64,000 nucleotides of DNA, taken from positions 44,436 through 108,435 of the forward strand of contig JAQVMU010000001.1 of assembly GCA_028703475.1 (NCBI GenBank), in the 5' to 3' direction. The position numbers were made by a program, and so were the translations under genes. The notes under the pieces were generated by a model that worked only from the letters and a program-made list of their open reading frames with translations, had not been told where the DNA came from and ran no database searches. Source of the stretch: Atribacterota bacterium. Lineage in GTDB: Bacteria; Atribacterota; Phoenicimicrobiia; Phoenicimicrobiales; Stramentimicrobiaceae. Of the stretch, positions 39,133-49,418 are shown in pieces. The stretch's first letter is position 1; each line of letters starts with the position of its first letter.

Positions 39133-40136
39133 TATATTTCACTCTCTTCTCCCTTAATAACCATTGGTTCTACTTGCAGTTTGCCTCTTTGTCTCGGCCA
39201 TGCGCCACCTGGCCTGAACATCATCATCAATACCATTACTGCCCCAAATATTAACATACGGTATTGGGCAAAAGTTTGAAATATTTCCGGGAAAAGAGAT
39301 ATTGCCGCAGCTCCGATAAATACACCGGGTATTGAACCCATTCCTCCAATTAGAACAATACAGAATAGCAGACATGATTCCATAAAAGTAAAGCTATCCG
39401 GGGAAACAATCATAAGTTTGCTGGCATAGATATTACCTGCTACACCAGCTAATGCAGCACCGATAACAAATGCAAGCAATTTATAGTACCTGACATCAAT
39501 GCCTGACGCTTCGGCCGCTATATTGTCTTCACGGATACAATTCCAGGCTCTTCCAATCCTGGAATTCTGTAACCTTATTAAAGCTATAACTGTCAATCCA
39601 ACGACTATCCATATATAATAGTAAAATTCTGTAGAATTATTTATAACTAAAAAATTGCCGATAGAAGGAAATTGTATTCCAAAAATACCGTTTGGACCTC
39701 CTGTAATCCCGAGTGGATTGTTAATCAACGTCAAACGGATAATCTCTCCCATTCCGATAGTTACAATACACAGGTAATCTCCCCTCAAATGTATTATAGG
39801 AGAACATACTATGTAAGCAAAAATAGCAGCTGCAATAGCACTAACAGGTAATAAAGCTAATATGGGTAGATTAAAGCTGGTATTTAGAATTGCAGCGGAA
39901 TAAGCCCCAATTGCAGCAAATCCCATGTGTCCTAAGTCAAATAGTCCTACTTCACCTAACACGACATTCAGGCTTAATCCTAACAGTGTATAGATGCCAA
40001 AGAAAAAAGCAACATCAATAATATAATTATTTTTGACAATAACAGGAAAAAGTAAAAACGCTATAATAATACCTGTTAAAAAATATCCACTTTTTTTATA
40101 AGCAAAACCATTTTTGGTATTGTTTTTTTCAATCAT
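39132..40136 (-). CDS. livM: Branched-chain amino-acid ABC transporter permease LivM
   Basis: Polytopic membrane protein with LivM-like layout, between livH and livG in livKHMGF order. Confidence 0.75.
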   Translation of the reverse strand: MIEKNNTKNGFAYKKSGYFLTGIIIAFLLFPVIVKNNYIIDVAFFFGIYTLLGLSLNVVLGEVGLFDLGHMGFAAIGAYSAAILNTSFNLPILALLPVSAIAAAIFAYIVCSPIIHLRGDYLCIVTIGMGEIIRLTLINNPLGITGGPNGIFGIQFPSIGNFLVINNSTEFYYYIWIVVGLTVIALIRLQNSRIGRAWNCIREDNIAAEASGIDVRYYKLLAFVIGAALAGVAGNIYASKLMIVSPDSFTFMESCLLFCIVLIGGMGSIPGVFIGAAAISLFPEIFQTFAQYRMLIFGAVMVLMMMFRPGGAWPRQRGKLQVEPMVIKGEESEI

Positions 40137-40147
40137 ATTATTCTACT

Positions 40148-41059
40148 CTAAACTTTCTCAGCTACTTTCTCACCAAGAATTCCCCTTGGCCTAAAAATCA
40201 ATACAAGAATTAACACTAAAAAAACAAATACATCTTTGTATGCAGTTGAAAGATAAGTTGAACCAAGCATTTCTAAAAGTCCTAAAATCAGTCCCCCTAT
40301 CATTGCTCCGGGAATATTTCCTATTCCACCTAAAATTGTTGCTGTAAAAGCTTTAAGACCATAATTCCAACCCATGATAAAACTTATTCTGCGATAATAA
40401 ACCCCAACCATAACTCCGGCTGTTCCTCCCAGTGCAGGTCCAAGGGCAAAAATAAAAAATATAATTAGATTAATATTTATTCCCATTAGAGCAGCTGTCT
40501 CTCTATCCAGCGCACAAGCCCTGATAGCAGCACCAAAGGTAGTTCTTTGAATAATATAATACAGTATGCCCATTAATAAAAAAGATAAAAGCAGAATTAT
40601 AATCTGTAAAACATTAATTCTTAAACCACCAATATTTAAAATATGATTAGGGATAACATTTGATGTGTATGCCTGTGGTCTGGCTCCCCAAATAACCATA
40701 ATGGCATTCTGTAAAAAAATCGAAACACCTAATGCGGATACTACGGCCGGTAATCTACCTGTAGGATATATGGGTCTGTATGCTAACCTTTCCACAATAA
40801 TTCCCATAATACCTGTACCGATTGCGGCTACCAACATAGCCGCAATCAATCCACCCCACAAACCAAAGGTAGAGGTTACATAAGCAGTGCTCATAACTAA
40901 TAGAGTATATCCAAAGTATGACCCCAAAGTAAATAAATCGCCGTGGGCAAAATTTATCAATTTCATTACACCATATACCATTGAATACCCTAATGCAATA
41001 AGAGCATAAAAAGAACCAATTGTTAATCCATTCAAAAGCTGTTCAATAATTAATTTCAT
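40148..41059 (-). CDS. livH: Branched-chain amino-acid ABC transporter permease LivH
   Basis: Polytopic membrane protein with LivH-like N-terminus (EQLLNGLTIGSFYALIALGYSMVYG). Confidence 0.8.
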   Translation of the reverse strand: MKLIIEQLLNGLTIGSFYALIALGYSMVYGVMKLINFAHGDLFTLGSYFGYTLLVMSTAYVTSTFGLWGGLIAAMLVAAIGTGIMGIIVERLAYRPIYPTGRLPAVVSALGVSIFLQNAIMVIWGARPQAYTSNVIPNHILNIGGLRINVLQIIILLLSFLLMGILYYIIQRTTFGAAIRACALDRETAALMGININLIIFFIFALGPALGGTAGVMVGVYYRRISFIMGWNYGLKAFTATILGGIGNIPGAMIGGLILGLLEMLGSTYLSTAYKDVFVFLVLILVLIFRPRGILGEKVAEKV

Positions 41060-41089
41060 TTACCTCTACCCCAATAATACTACTAATTT

Positions 41090-42268
41090 TTATCTCTCAA
41101 CAATAGCATAGCTACCATCATCATTAACTATATACAGATTTATACCAGTTCCTACACGGTCTCCTTTTTCATCAAATCCAATTGGTCCGGTAATGCTTGG
41201 AAATTCTTCCATTTCATTTTTCAGATAATCAGCTAACATATCTGAATCTGTTGAACCTGTTTTATCAATAGCTTCAGCTATTACCATCAAAGCATCGGCA
41301 GCATAAACAGACCATGGGCTGGAAGGTAAAGCGTTATAAGCTTCCTGATATTTTTCTTTAAATTCCATAGCTTCCGGATTAGTAAAATATTGTATCAATG
41401 CTTCCTGAGTCATATAACAGCCTGAGGCATATTCCAATCCAGCAATTCTGATAAAATCTTCGTTAATTGCTGCATCTCCTCCCACAAAAACAGCATCAAT
41501 GCCAATTTCTCTGGCCTGTCTAATAATTAAACCCGCCTCTGAAAAATAACCGGTAAAATAGAATAAGTCAGGATTTGTTTCCCGCATCTTAGTTAATGGA
41601 ACTGTATAATCAGATTCTCCCGGAGTAATAGCATCAAAATAAACCAGCTCAGCTGTGCCGGCTTCTAAAAGAAATTTTCTGGCTTCCTCTGCTAATCCTA
41701 AAGCAAATGAGGTGTTGTCATGCAGGATAGCGACTTTTTTTGCTCCAAAGTATGGCACAACTTCCTCAGCAAAAAAGATTCCCTGCGTATCTGTTCTACC
41801 ACAAGTTCGGAAAAAATACTTTAAACCTCTTTCAGACAATTCTGAAACTGTTGCTCCATATGCAATATTAACTATTTTATTAGCTTCGTAAATATCTGAA
41901 GCAGGTTGTGTGACAGATGAACCATAAGTTGAAATACCTGCAACTATTCCCCTTGAAGTTAGGTTTTGAGCAGCAAGGGAACCACCTTTTGGAGTACATT
42001 CATCGTCTACCACAATTATTTCAATCATTTTTCCATCTAAAACGCCACCCTTATCATTAACCATCTGCGCTGCTATTTCTACACTCTGTTTCGCCATTTC
42101 ACCTTCAATTGCCTCTGATCCTGTTAGCGGACATTGCAGGCCAATTAATACAGTATCTTGTGCAGCAACATTAATGGGAAATAATATTAGTAAGGCTATT
42201 AATATCACGAAAATCTTCTTAATTCTTAACATAAATTCCTCCTCTTTGTTCTGAATTTTACTTTGCAT
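41090..42268 (-). CDS. livK: Branched-chain amino-acid ABC transporter substrate-binding protein (LivJ/LivK-like)
   Basis: Signal peptide. Type-I periplasmic-binding fold length (392 aa). Heads the liv operon. Confidence 0.75.
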   Translation of the reverse strand: MQSKIQNKEEEFMLRIKKIFVILIALLILFPINVAAQDTVLIGLQCPLTGSEAIEGEMAKQSVEIAAQMVNDKGGVLDGKMIEIIVVDDECTPKGGSLAAQNLTSRGIVAGISTYGSSVTQPASDIYEANKIVNIAYGATVSELSERGLKYFFRTCGRTDTQGIFFAEEVVPYFGAKKVAILHDNTSFALGLAEEARKFLLEAGTAELVYFDAITPGESDYTVPLTKMRETNPDLFYFTGYFSEAGLIIRQAREIGIDAVFVGGDAAINEDFIRIAGLEYASGCYMTQEALIQYFTNPEAMEFKEKYQEAYNALPSSPWSVYAADALMVIAEAIDKTGSTDSDMLADYLKNEMEEFPSITGPIGFDEKGDRVGTGINLYIVNDDGSYAIVER

Positions 42269-42558
42269 ATTATTTTATTTAATAGAAATCTTATCTATTG
42301 TCATACCTCCTCTTATAATATTACAAATTTTATTCAAATATAATAATATACCATAATACCAAAAAGAAGTAAATTAAACCACTTTTAGCCTTGAAATATT
42401 TTTTTTGGTTATTTTTTGTGTCAAAATAATCCGTTAATAATTTTTTCTATAAAATATATCAGAAAGATATCTTTGCTATTATAATTGCATTCAGAAGAAA
42501 AAATTGAGAGATTTAATCTGAAGAAATACTCTTCCTTATCATTAACCGGTTCGGCCTA

Positions 42559-43272
42559 TCACCTTACCCTACATTCTAAAACATTATTTTTAACCTTTTT
42601 TAGTATGTCAGTTATTTTTTCTTCATCGTACGCTTTCACATCTTTAAGATCAGGGTCTAACATTTCTTCTGATTGAATAAACCTTTGTAATATATATCTG
42701 CGTGCACCTGTTATTTCTTCGGCTATGTTTTTTATTACCTCTATATCATGAAATTTTGGAATAATTGTTGTTCGAAATTCGTAATCAATACCTGAATTCA
42801 TTATTAAGTTAATACTATTCCTGATTTTTGAGATAATATTATCAATCTTTAACCCAATTACCTCTGAGTAATCCTCTTCCCTTAACATTGTTTTTATGTC
42901 CATTGCAATATAATCAACTAAATTTTTTTCTATTATATCTTTTAATATTTCTGGATTACTGCCATTAGTATCTATTTTTATCTTTAAATTATGTTTCTTA
43001 ATCTCCAAAAGGAAATCTTTAACCCCTTCATTTAATGTTGGCTCACCACCGCTCAGACAAATACCATCTAAAAAAGGTTTTTTTGAAAGTATTGAGGAAA
43101 TCATTTCTTCTATGGGAATATCCTGCAAAGACTGATGCCTTAGCACTAAATCTGTATTATAACAAAATGGGCAGCGGAAATTACACCCACCTACATATAG
43201 AGTTGAAACAATCATGCCCTCCCAATCAATTAAGGATGTTGAGATTATCTTTTTTATCTTAATCATTTCCAT
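42559..43272 (-). CDS. nrdG: Anaerobic ribonucleoside-triphosphate reductase activating protein (radical SAM)
   Basis: Radical-SAM CxxxCxxC (CNFRCPFC). About 230 aa, downstream of nrdD. Confidence 0.85.
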   Translation of the reverse strand: MEMIKIKKIISTSLIDWEGMIVSTLYVGGCNFRCPFCYNTDLVLRHQSLQDIPIEEMISSILSKKPFLDGICLSGGEPTLNEGVKDFLLEIKKHNLKIKIDTNGSNPEILKDIIEKNLVDYIAMDIKTMLREEDYSEVIGLKIDNIISKIRNSINLIMNSGIDYEFRTTIIPKFHDIEVIKNIAEEITGARRYILQRFIQSEEMLDPDLKDVKAYDEEKITDILKKVKNNVLECRVR

Positions 43273-43276
43273 ATTT

Positions 43277-43531
43277 TTAACTTATTATTTTTCCTTCAAT
43301 ATCTTTTATGTCAGGCACAATGCCTCTCCAGGAATCCATTTCATTATCATAGTTATCCAGTATAATTATTGTTGGGGTACTCATAACATTCAGCATACAT
43401 GCCTCTGTTAATCCATCAACAGTATCAATATCACAATATTGAACCTCAACTTTATCTTCTAATAACCTACCAATTTTTTTTGCCTGTGGGCAATTAGGGC
43501 AGTCTTTTTTCCAAAATATCTTGATTTTCAT
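43277..43531 (-). CDS. Glutaredoxin-like / NrdH-like small thioredoxin-fold protein
   Basis: 84 aa with a CPNC active-site dithiol near the N-terminus and a thioredoxin-fold layout, between nrdD and nrdG. Confidence 0.65.
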   Translation of the reverse strand: MKIKIFWKKDCPNCPQAKKIGRLLEDKVEVQYCDIDTVDGLTEACMLNVMSTPTIIILDNYDNEMDSWRGIVPDIKDIEGKIIS

Positions 43532-43572
43532 TTTTATCTTTTTCCTTCATTCAAAATAATTCAGATGACATT

Positions 43573-45984
43573 TTAAACAACCTGGTATTTGCCTATTCTC
43601 CTGTCTTTTAATTCGCCAATCTTATTTTTGTTCCAATTATTAATCTTGCTATAATACCCAACAATTCTGGTAATACCATAGACATTTTCACTATGACAAT
43701 AGCTACATGAATCAAGCAGGCCACGGCTAATTTTATTACATTGATTACATACCGTAAACTCCGGTGAAATTGTTATTTGGGCAGAAAGTGTATTTTCCCA
43801 TACTTTTTTTATCAAATTATAAATACTATCAGCAGGTGGCTGCTTTTCGCCGACAAAGGCATGGATGATAGCCCCACTTTTAATAAGAGGATGAAATTTA
43901 CTCTGTTTGATTATTCGCGAAAGAAGGTCAATATCTGCTGCAGCTGCAAAATGAATGCTGTTTGAATAATAGCACTCATCATCTAAAATGCTTCCCTTGA
44001 CCACTTTTTTGCTTTCCGGAAACTCTCTCAAATCTATTTTTGCAAGCCTGCCAGCAGCACTTTCAGCAGGAGATTCTTCCAGTGACAGCTTTATTCTGTA
44101 TTTCTTTGAATACTCATTACATTTAATATGTAAAAAAGAGACAGTTTTTAATCCCAGATTGTAAGTATCCTCATTTTCATGTAACTGTTGACCTGTTAAA
44201 TATTGAATAGCCTCATTTAATCCAATAATACCTACCAGGTATGTCCCTTTTTCTAAATCAACATAAGGCTCTCCATCAGGACTTATTTTCCCAACTTGCC
44301 ATAATGGACCTTCCGGGGAATCCATCATTTTTTTCAAGAAATGCTTTTTTTCTTGATGTGCCTTAATAACTAATTTAAGAACTAAGTCTATCTGTTGGAA
44401 GAAATTATCAAATAATTCTCTCCTTTTGTCTGTGCCGGATTGTAATCTCATATCTTTGAGAGTCCTATAGGCACACTGTGGTAAATTTATTGTCACATTC
44501 TGTATTCCTGAAAACCTTAATTTTTCAGGCTTTTTAATCATCTGCATGTCTGTTATTTCATTTTTTAATCTACAACAGGCAGATAATGTAACACTATCCC
44601 TATCAAATATGAAATAAGGTGTTCCGTTTTTGGAAGCAATCTGACAGGCATACTCCAGCAATTCTTTTTGCCTGGGATCACAAAAAGAATCGTTATTAAT
44701 ATGAAGGTCCATTTTAGGAAAGGCAAAAACTTTTCCGTTAGAATCTCCTTTTTCCCATACCTCCATTAAAACCTTCAGGAATTGCTGGGCTTCTTGTGTA
44801 TAATCCTGATATTTTTTTCCGGTATATTTGCCTCCCGGACCTATTGCAGGTACATCTTTTAAATGGTCAGGAATGCCGGTATGTACATTGAAATCCAGAA
44901 ACAAACTTTGCCCTCCCCTTGAAAAGGCATTTTGTGAACCGCTGAAAATCAGGTATTGTGCTTCCTGCTTCATTTCCTCATAAGACATCCCGACCAAATA
45001 AGGCGCATAAAAGATATTAAGATAAGCTATACCTAAAGCCCCTGCATAATAGGCCTGCATCGAGGATAGGAATGTATTCAGGTGACCTGTTAAGGTTCTA
45101 GCATATTTAGCAGGTGAAGAGGAAGTATCTAAATTATCCAGATTTAATCCATATTTTTTTATATATTCGAGGGAATGTCCTGAACAGTAAATACGTGGAT
45201 ACCCTAAATCATGGATATGAATCATCCCTTTTAGATGTGCTTCTGCAACTTCCTGGCTAAAAACTTCCTGGAGCATATACTGCTTAATTGTATTTTCGGC
45301 AATAGCCAAATTAATTGCTTCAGGATTATTATTTGCAATATTGCTATTCTCTTTTGTCTTAGACAAAAAGAGGCGATTTAAATCATAAAATGGCATCCCG
45401 ATAATTTTTTGTTTTATCCATTTTTTTTCATAACCACGGATAAATAACTCATTATCTACAAACTCCCTGATTAAACCGGTAGAGATATTGTCAAAATTTA
45501 AATTAAATATTTTTTCTTCAACATTTTTGGCAATTTTTCTTGCTACTCCAGAAGTGATATCTGCTTCCTTACACAGTGCATCTACAATCTTGCTTCTATC
45601 CCAGGGAGCAATAGTCTCCCTGGTAGGTGTTGAGACTAATAATGACATTTCTGTACTGTTCTTATATTTCTTATCACTGCCACGTACATATAGTTTTTTG
45701 CGAATTTCATTTCTTTTATTTCTATATAGAATATAGGCTTTAGCAACTCTGGTCAGTCCTGAAGAAATAAGCTGTTCTTCAACAATATCCTGTATTTCTT
45801 CTACTGATGGAATATTCTTCTCAAAATTTACTTCCAACCTGTAAATTACGTGATCAGTTATTTTTCTAGCCTGGGTATAATTTTTTTCTCCAACTGCCTC
45901 CATTGCTGACAGAATTGCATTATATATTTTTTCCTCATTAAAATTGACCAGATGTCCTTCTCTTTTTTTTATTTTTTCAACCAT
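43573..45984 (-). CDS. nrdD: Anaerobic ribonucleoside-triphosphate reductase (class III RNR)
   Basis: N-terminal ATP-cone. About 800 aa. C-terminal Zn-ribbon Cys4 (CNQCN...CSYC) and glycyl-radical region (RIVGYY). Confidence 0.9.
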   Translation of the reverse strand: MVEKIKKREGHLVNFNEEKIYNAILSAMEAVGEKNYTQARKITDHVIYRLEVNFEKNIPSVEEIQDIVEEQLISSGLTRVAKAYILYRNKRNEIRKKLYVRGSDKKYKNSTEMSLLVSTPTRETIAPWDRSKIVDALCKEADITSGVARKIAKNVEEKIFNLNFDNISTGLIREFVDNELFIRGYEKKWIKQKIIGMPFYDLNRLFLSKTKENSNIANNNPEAINLAIAENTIKQYMLQEVFSQEVAEAHLKGMIHIHDLGYPRIYCSGHSLEYIKKYGLNLDNLDTSSSPAKYARTLTGHLNTFLSSMQAYYAGALGIAYLNIFYAPYLVGMSYEEMKQEAQYLIFSGSQNAFSRGGQSLFLDFNVHTGIPDHLKDVPAIGPGGKYTGKKYQDYTQEAQQFLKVLMEVWEKGDSNGKVFAFPKMDLHINNDSFCDPRQKELLEYACQIASKNGTPYFIFDRDSVTLSACCRLKNEITDMQMIKKPEKLRFSGIQNVTINLPQCAYRTLKDMRLQSGTDKRRELFDNFFQQIDLVLKLVIKAHQEKKHFLKKMMDSPEGPLWQVGKISPDGEPYVDLEKGTYLVGIIGLNEAIQYLTGQQLHENEDTYNLGLKTVSFLHIKCNEYSKKYRIKLSLEESPAESAAGRLAKIDLREFPESKKVVKGSILDDECYYSNSIHFAAAADIDLLSRIIKQSKFHPLIKSGAIIHAFVGEKQPPADSIYNLIKKVWENTLSAQITISPEFTVCNQCNKISRGLLDSCSYCHSENVYGITRIVGYYSKINNWNKNKIGELKDRRIGKYQVV

Positions 45985-45996
45985 AAACTAATTTCC

Positions 45997-46482
45997 TCAC
46001 ATTTTTTCTCTTTCTTGATCTTCGCTTTCCGGCACTTCTTTTATTCTGTTAATCTCTTCCAAAAAGCTTCCCACATCCTCAAAATGACGATATACAGAGG
46101 CAAATCTTACATAAGCTACTTCGTCCAGACTCTTTAATCGATCCATCACCAGTCTGCCAATAATCTCACTTCTAAATTCATTAGTGGGACCTTGTTTTAA
46201 TCTTTCTTCTATATCCTCAGCAATTTGATTTATTTCAGCCATGCTTACAGACCTTTTCTCACATGCTTTAATTATTCCCTTGATAATCTTGTCACGATTA
46301 AATACTTCTCGTCTTTTATCTTTTTTAATAACCACCAGGGGGACTATCTCAATACGTTCGTGTGTAGTAAAACGTTTATTGCATTTTTTACAAAATCTTC
46401 TTCGCCGTATTACTAAATCATTCTCCATTGATCTGGATTCAATTACACCGGTATCCATGTTATTACAGAAGGGACATTTCAT
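45997..46482 (-). CDS. nrdR: Transcriptional repressor NrdR (zinc ribbon plus ATP-cone)
   Basis: N-terminus MKCPFCNNMDTGVIESR...RRRRFC..C and the rest of the sequence match the NrdR family. The stop lies 12 nt before the nrdD start. Confidence 0.9.
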   Translation of the reverse strand: MKCPFCNNMDTGVIESRSMENDLVIRRRRFCKKCNKRFTTHERIEIVPLVVIKKDKRREVFNRDKIIKGIIKACEKRSVSMAEINQIAEDIEERLKQGPTNEFRSEIIGRLVMDRLKSLDEVAYVRFASVYRHFEDVGSFLEEINRIKEVPESEDQEREKM

Positions 46483-46492
46483 TTAACAACTC

Positions 46493-46532
46493 CATATTTA
46501 GGGCTATTACTAATAGTAATACCCTAAATATG
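46493..46532. promoter_or_regulatory. 40-nt near-perfect palindrome directly abutting the nrdR ribosome-binding site; candidate operator or translational-control hairpin
   Basis: catatttagggctattacta-a-tagtaataccctaaatatg has 19-nt arms with a single-base bulge, and ends 10 nt from the nrdR ATG. Confidence 0.4.
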
Positions 46533-46723
46533 TAATGTCAAGACATAATTAACAAAATGGGGATAAATATTTTAATAGTTTTTTTGTGCAGATATTTACA
46601 CTATCAGAGAGTAAAAATAAAATAAATATATAATTTAATAAGAGTAAATAAAATATTTTTGGATAATTTGGATAATTTATATATATAAAGTATTTCAGGG
46701 GAGAAAACTCCCCTGATTATTTT

Positions 46724-47869
46724 TTATCTGTTTCTACGTAAAAAAGTCGGTATTTCTAAATCATTATAATCAACATCATTTTTATCAGGCATTTCTTCCC
46801 TGGCCTTTTCTTCTTCATTTTCTATTTTGTTCTCTTTTAAAGGTTCATGCTCTGGCTTAGCAGTTCTTTCCTCAATAAAACTTCTTTCTTTTTCTCTTTC
46901 TTTTTCTTCTGAAGATAGTTCATCGAAACCGGTTGCTATTACAGTTATGCGAATATCTTCACCCAATGCTTCATTGATAACAGCACCGAATATAATATTG
47001 GCATCAGGATTTGCAGCTTCCTGAACAATTTCTGCAGCCTGGTTTACCTCAAAGAGAGTTACATTTTTACCACCGGAAATATTAAACAATATACCTCTTG
47101 CATCTGTAATTTTAGTTCCTAAAAGAGAGCTGTTTACAGCATTGTGAGCCGCTTCAATAGCTCGATTTTCACCACTTGCTCTGCCAATTCCCATAATAGC
47201 AGTACCGGCATTTTCCATAATCATTTTTACATCTGCAAAATCAACATTGATTAAGCCAGGCTCAACAACAATTTCGGAAATTCCTTTAATTCCATGAAGT
47301 AATAACTCATCAGCCACTTTAAATGCTTCTAAAACCGGGGTATTCTCGGCAATTATCTGCAATAATCTATCATTAGGGATAACTATCAAAGTATCCACAT
47401 AATCTTTAAGTTGCTGGATACCTTCTTCTGCCTGTTTTTTTCTCTTAACTCCTTCAAAGGTAAATGGTTTTGTTACTACACCCACAGTCAAGGCTCCAAG
47501 TTCTTTAGCAAGCTGGGCAATAACGGGACTTCCTCCGGTACCGGTTCCTCCTCCCATACCGGCAGTAACAAATACCATATCAGCTCCCTCCAGGGCCTTA
47601 CTAATCTTATCCTTGTCTTCTTCCGCAGCTCTCTTACCTATATCAGGGTTTGAGCCGCTACCTAAACCCATAGTAATCCTGCTCCCTATCTGTATTTTTT
47701 GCTCAGCATTCGATAGGGCCAATACCTGGGCATCTGTGTTTGCAGAAATATATTTTACTCCATTTATTTTCTCTTCAATCATTCGGTTGACTGCATTTCC
47801 CCCTCCGCCGCCAACTCCAATGACTTTAATATCGACAAATGAACTGGGTCTTTCATTTATATTGTTCAA
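46724..47869 (-). CDS. ftsZ: Cell-division GTPase FtsZ
   Basis: Tubulin signature GGGTGTG. N-terminal [14 protein letters not shown]-terminal conserved tail ([10 protein letters not shown]). Confidence 0.95.
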   Translation of the reverse strand: MNNINERPSSFVDIKVIGVGGGGGNAVNRMIEEKINGVKYISANTDAQVLALSNAEQKIQIGSRITMGLGSGSNPDIGKRAAEEDKDKISKALEGADMVFVTAGMGGGTGTGGSPVIAQLAKELGALTVGVVTKPFTFEGVKRKKQAEEGIQQLKDYVDTLIVIPNDRLLQIIAENTPVLEAFKVADELLLHGIKGISEIVVEPGLINVDFADVKMIMENAGTAIMGIGRASGENRAIEAAHNAVNSSLLGTKITDARGILFNISGGKNVTLFEVNQAAEIVQEAANPDANIIFGAVINEALGEDIRITVIATGFDELSSEEKEREKERSFIEERTAKPEHEPLKENKIENEEEKAREEMPDKNDVDYNDLEIPTFLRRNR

Positions 47870-47933
47870 AACTTATCCTCCTCCAATTTTGGTGGTAAAA
47901 TTTAGAAAATTATTCTCTATATTTTAGTGTAAT

Positions 47934-49166
47934 TTAAAAGAAATCTCTTAACCAGTTGGTAATTTTTGCAAAAATTGTATTTCCGCCTCTACGGCTTCTT
48001 CTGTTTGAACCTTCTATAGTTTCTATCTCAACAGCAAAGTCGATTAACCCCATTACAGTTGAAAGTCTTGGCTCATTAATCAAATCACCTAATTCACCCT
48101 TATATTCTGGCCTACCCAGTCGTACATTAGTTTCAAAGACTTTACCTGCAAGCTCTGTAATACCTGGTAAAAGGGCACATCCACCGGTTAATACAACACC
48201 CTGTGTTATTAAATGGTAGTTATTAGACCTCTCTAATTCTTCTCTTATCAGGCTAAACATTTCATGAACCCTTGCTTCAATAATGTCAACAAGGTATTTT
48301 TTTGATACTGACGCTTTTTTTTGTCCCTGGATTCCGGCTACTTCTATTACTTCTTCAGGGGAAATATAATTACTCATAACATTCCCATGTTTTATTTTTA
48401 ATTGTTCTGATTCCTCGATTGATGTTTTTAAACCAATTGCCAAATCGTTAGTAATCTGAATTCCACCTAAAGGAAGGATAGAAGAGTAAGCAATATTACC
48501 ATTCAGGAATACTGAAACATCTGATGAGCCAGCTCCGATATCAATCAGAAGCACACCTAATTCCTTCTCTGTTTTGGTTAAGAGGGCATTTCCGCAGGCA
48601 AGGTTTCCAAATATCAATTCATCCACATCTACATTCACTTTTTCCATACATTTTAAGAGATTTTGAACTGCTGTGACTGAACCTGTAACAATATGAACTT
48701 TTCCTTCTAATCTTGAACCGGTCATTCCCAGCGGATCCTGGATGCCCTTTTGTCCGTCTAAAATAAACTCTCTTGGCAGGACATGGATTAATTCCCTTTC
48801 AGGGGCAATAACCCCCGCTTTTGCGGCTTCAATTACTTTTTCAATATCATCCTCGCTGATTTCCGGGTTTTCCTTTGCTATAGCAATAACTCCCTGGCTA
48901 TTAAATGAAGAGATATGGCTTCCGTTAACAGCAACCACGGCTGAACTAATCTTTCCACCAGCCATTCTTTCTGCATTGGCTATCGATTCCTTAACCGCCT
49001 CGGCAGCTTTGTCTAAATCAACAATAACCCCTCTTTTAATCCCTTTTGATGGGACAGATCCAATCCCAACAATATCAACAAGGTTATCCTCTCCTAACTC
49101 TGCTATTATCGTGTTAGTATTATTTGTTCCAATATCCACACCTGCTACCAGTATTTCACTTCTCAT
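47934..49166 (-). CDS. ftsA: Cell-division protein FtsA
   Basis: Actin-like ATPase motifs (VGVDIGTNNT, DIGAGSSDVSVF). Position upstream of ftsZ. Confidence 0.9.
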   Translation of the reverse strand: MRSEILVAGVDIGTNNTNTIIAELGEDNLVDIVGIGSVPSKGIKRGVIVDLDKAAEAVKESIANAERMAGGKISSAVVAVNGSHISSFNSQGVIAIAKENPEISEDDIEKVIEAAKAGVIAPERELIHVLPREFILDGQKGIQDPLGMTGSRLEGKVHIVTGSVTAVQNLLKCMEKVNVDVDELIFGNLACGNALLTKTEKELGVLLIDIGAGSSDVSVFLNGNIAYSSILPLGGIQITNDLAIGLKTSIEESEQLKIKHGNVMSNYISPEEVIEVAGIQGQKKASVSKKYLVDIIEARVHEMFSLIREELERSNNYHLITQGVVLTGGCALLPGITELAGKVFETNVRLGRPEYKGELGDLINEPRLSTVMGLIDFAVEIETIEGSNRRSRRGGNTIFAKITNWLRDFF

Positions 49167-49418
49167 AGACGCCCCTCCTGCATTTTAAGTAATGCAATAA
49201 ATTTCATAATTATTATATTAAAGGTAAGATTTTTTCAAGCCTTATTTTATATTTTTTTAATTATTGTTAAGAATAAATTCTTGATTAGTATATTCTTTAT
49301 ATATATACATATTATAACTGTATGGTTACTGCTACTCTTTATCTTCCCTGAAATAATAATAATTAAATTAAGAATATTCCTGAATATTATGTTTCCATCA
49401 GTAAAAATAGACAAAACA

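Noticed and set aside
42269-42558. Possible T-box or riboswitch leader upstream of the liv operon
   Set aside because: There is no GGTGGTACC T-box core and no obvious terminator/antiterminator pair. It looks like a plain AT-rich promoter region.
46533-46690. Searched for canonical NrdR boxes upstream of nrdR
   Set aside because: Only weak partial matches were found (e.g. tgtgcagatatttacact). Nothing fits the 16-bp acaCwAtATaTwGtgt palindrome well enough to call.
48742-49188. 148-aa plus-strand ORF
   Set aside because: Antisense shadow ORF within ftsA.
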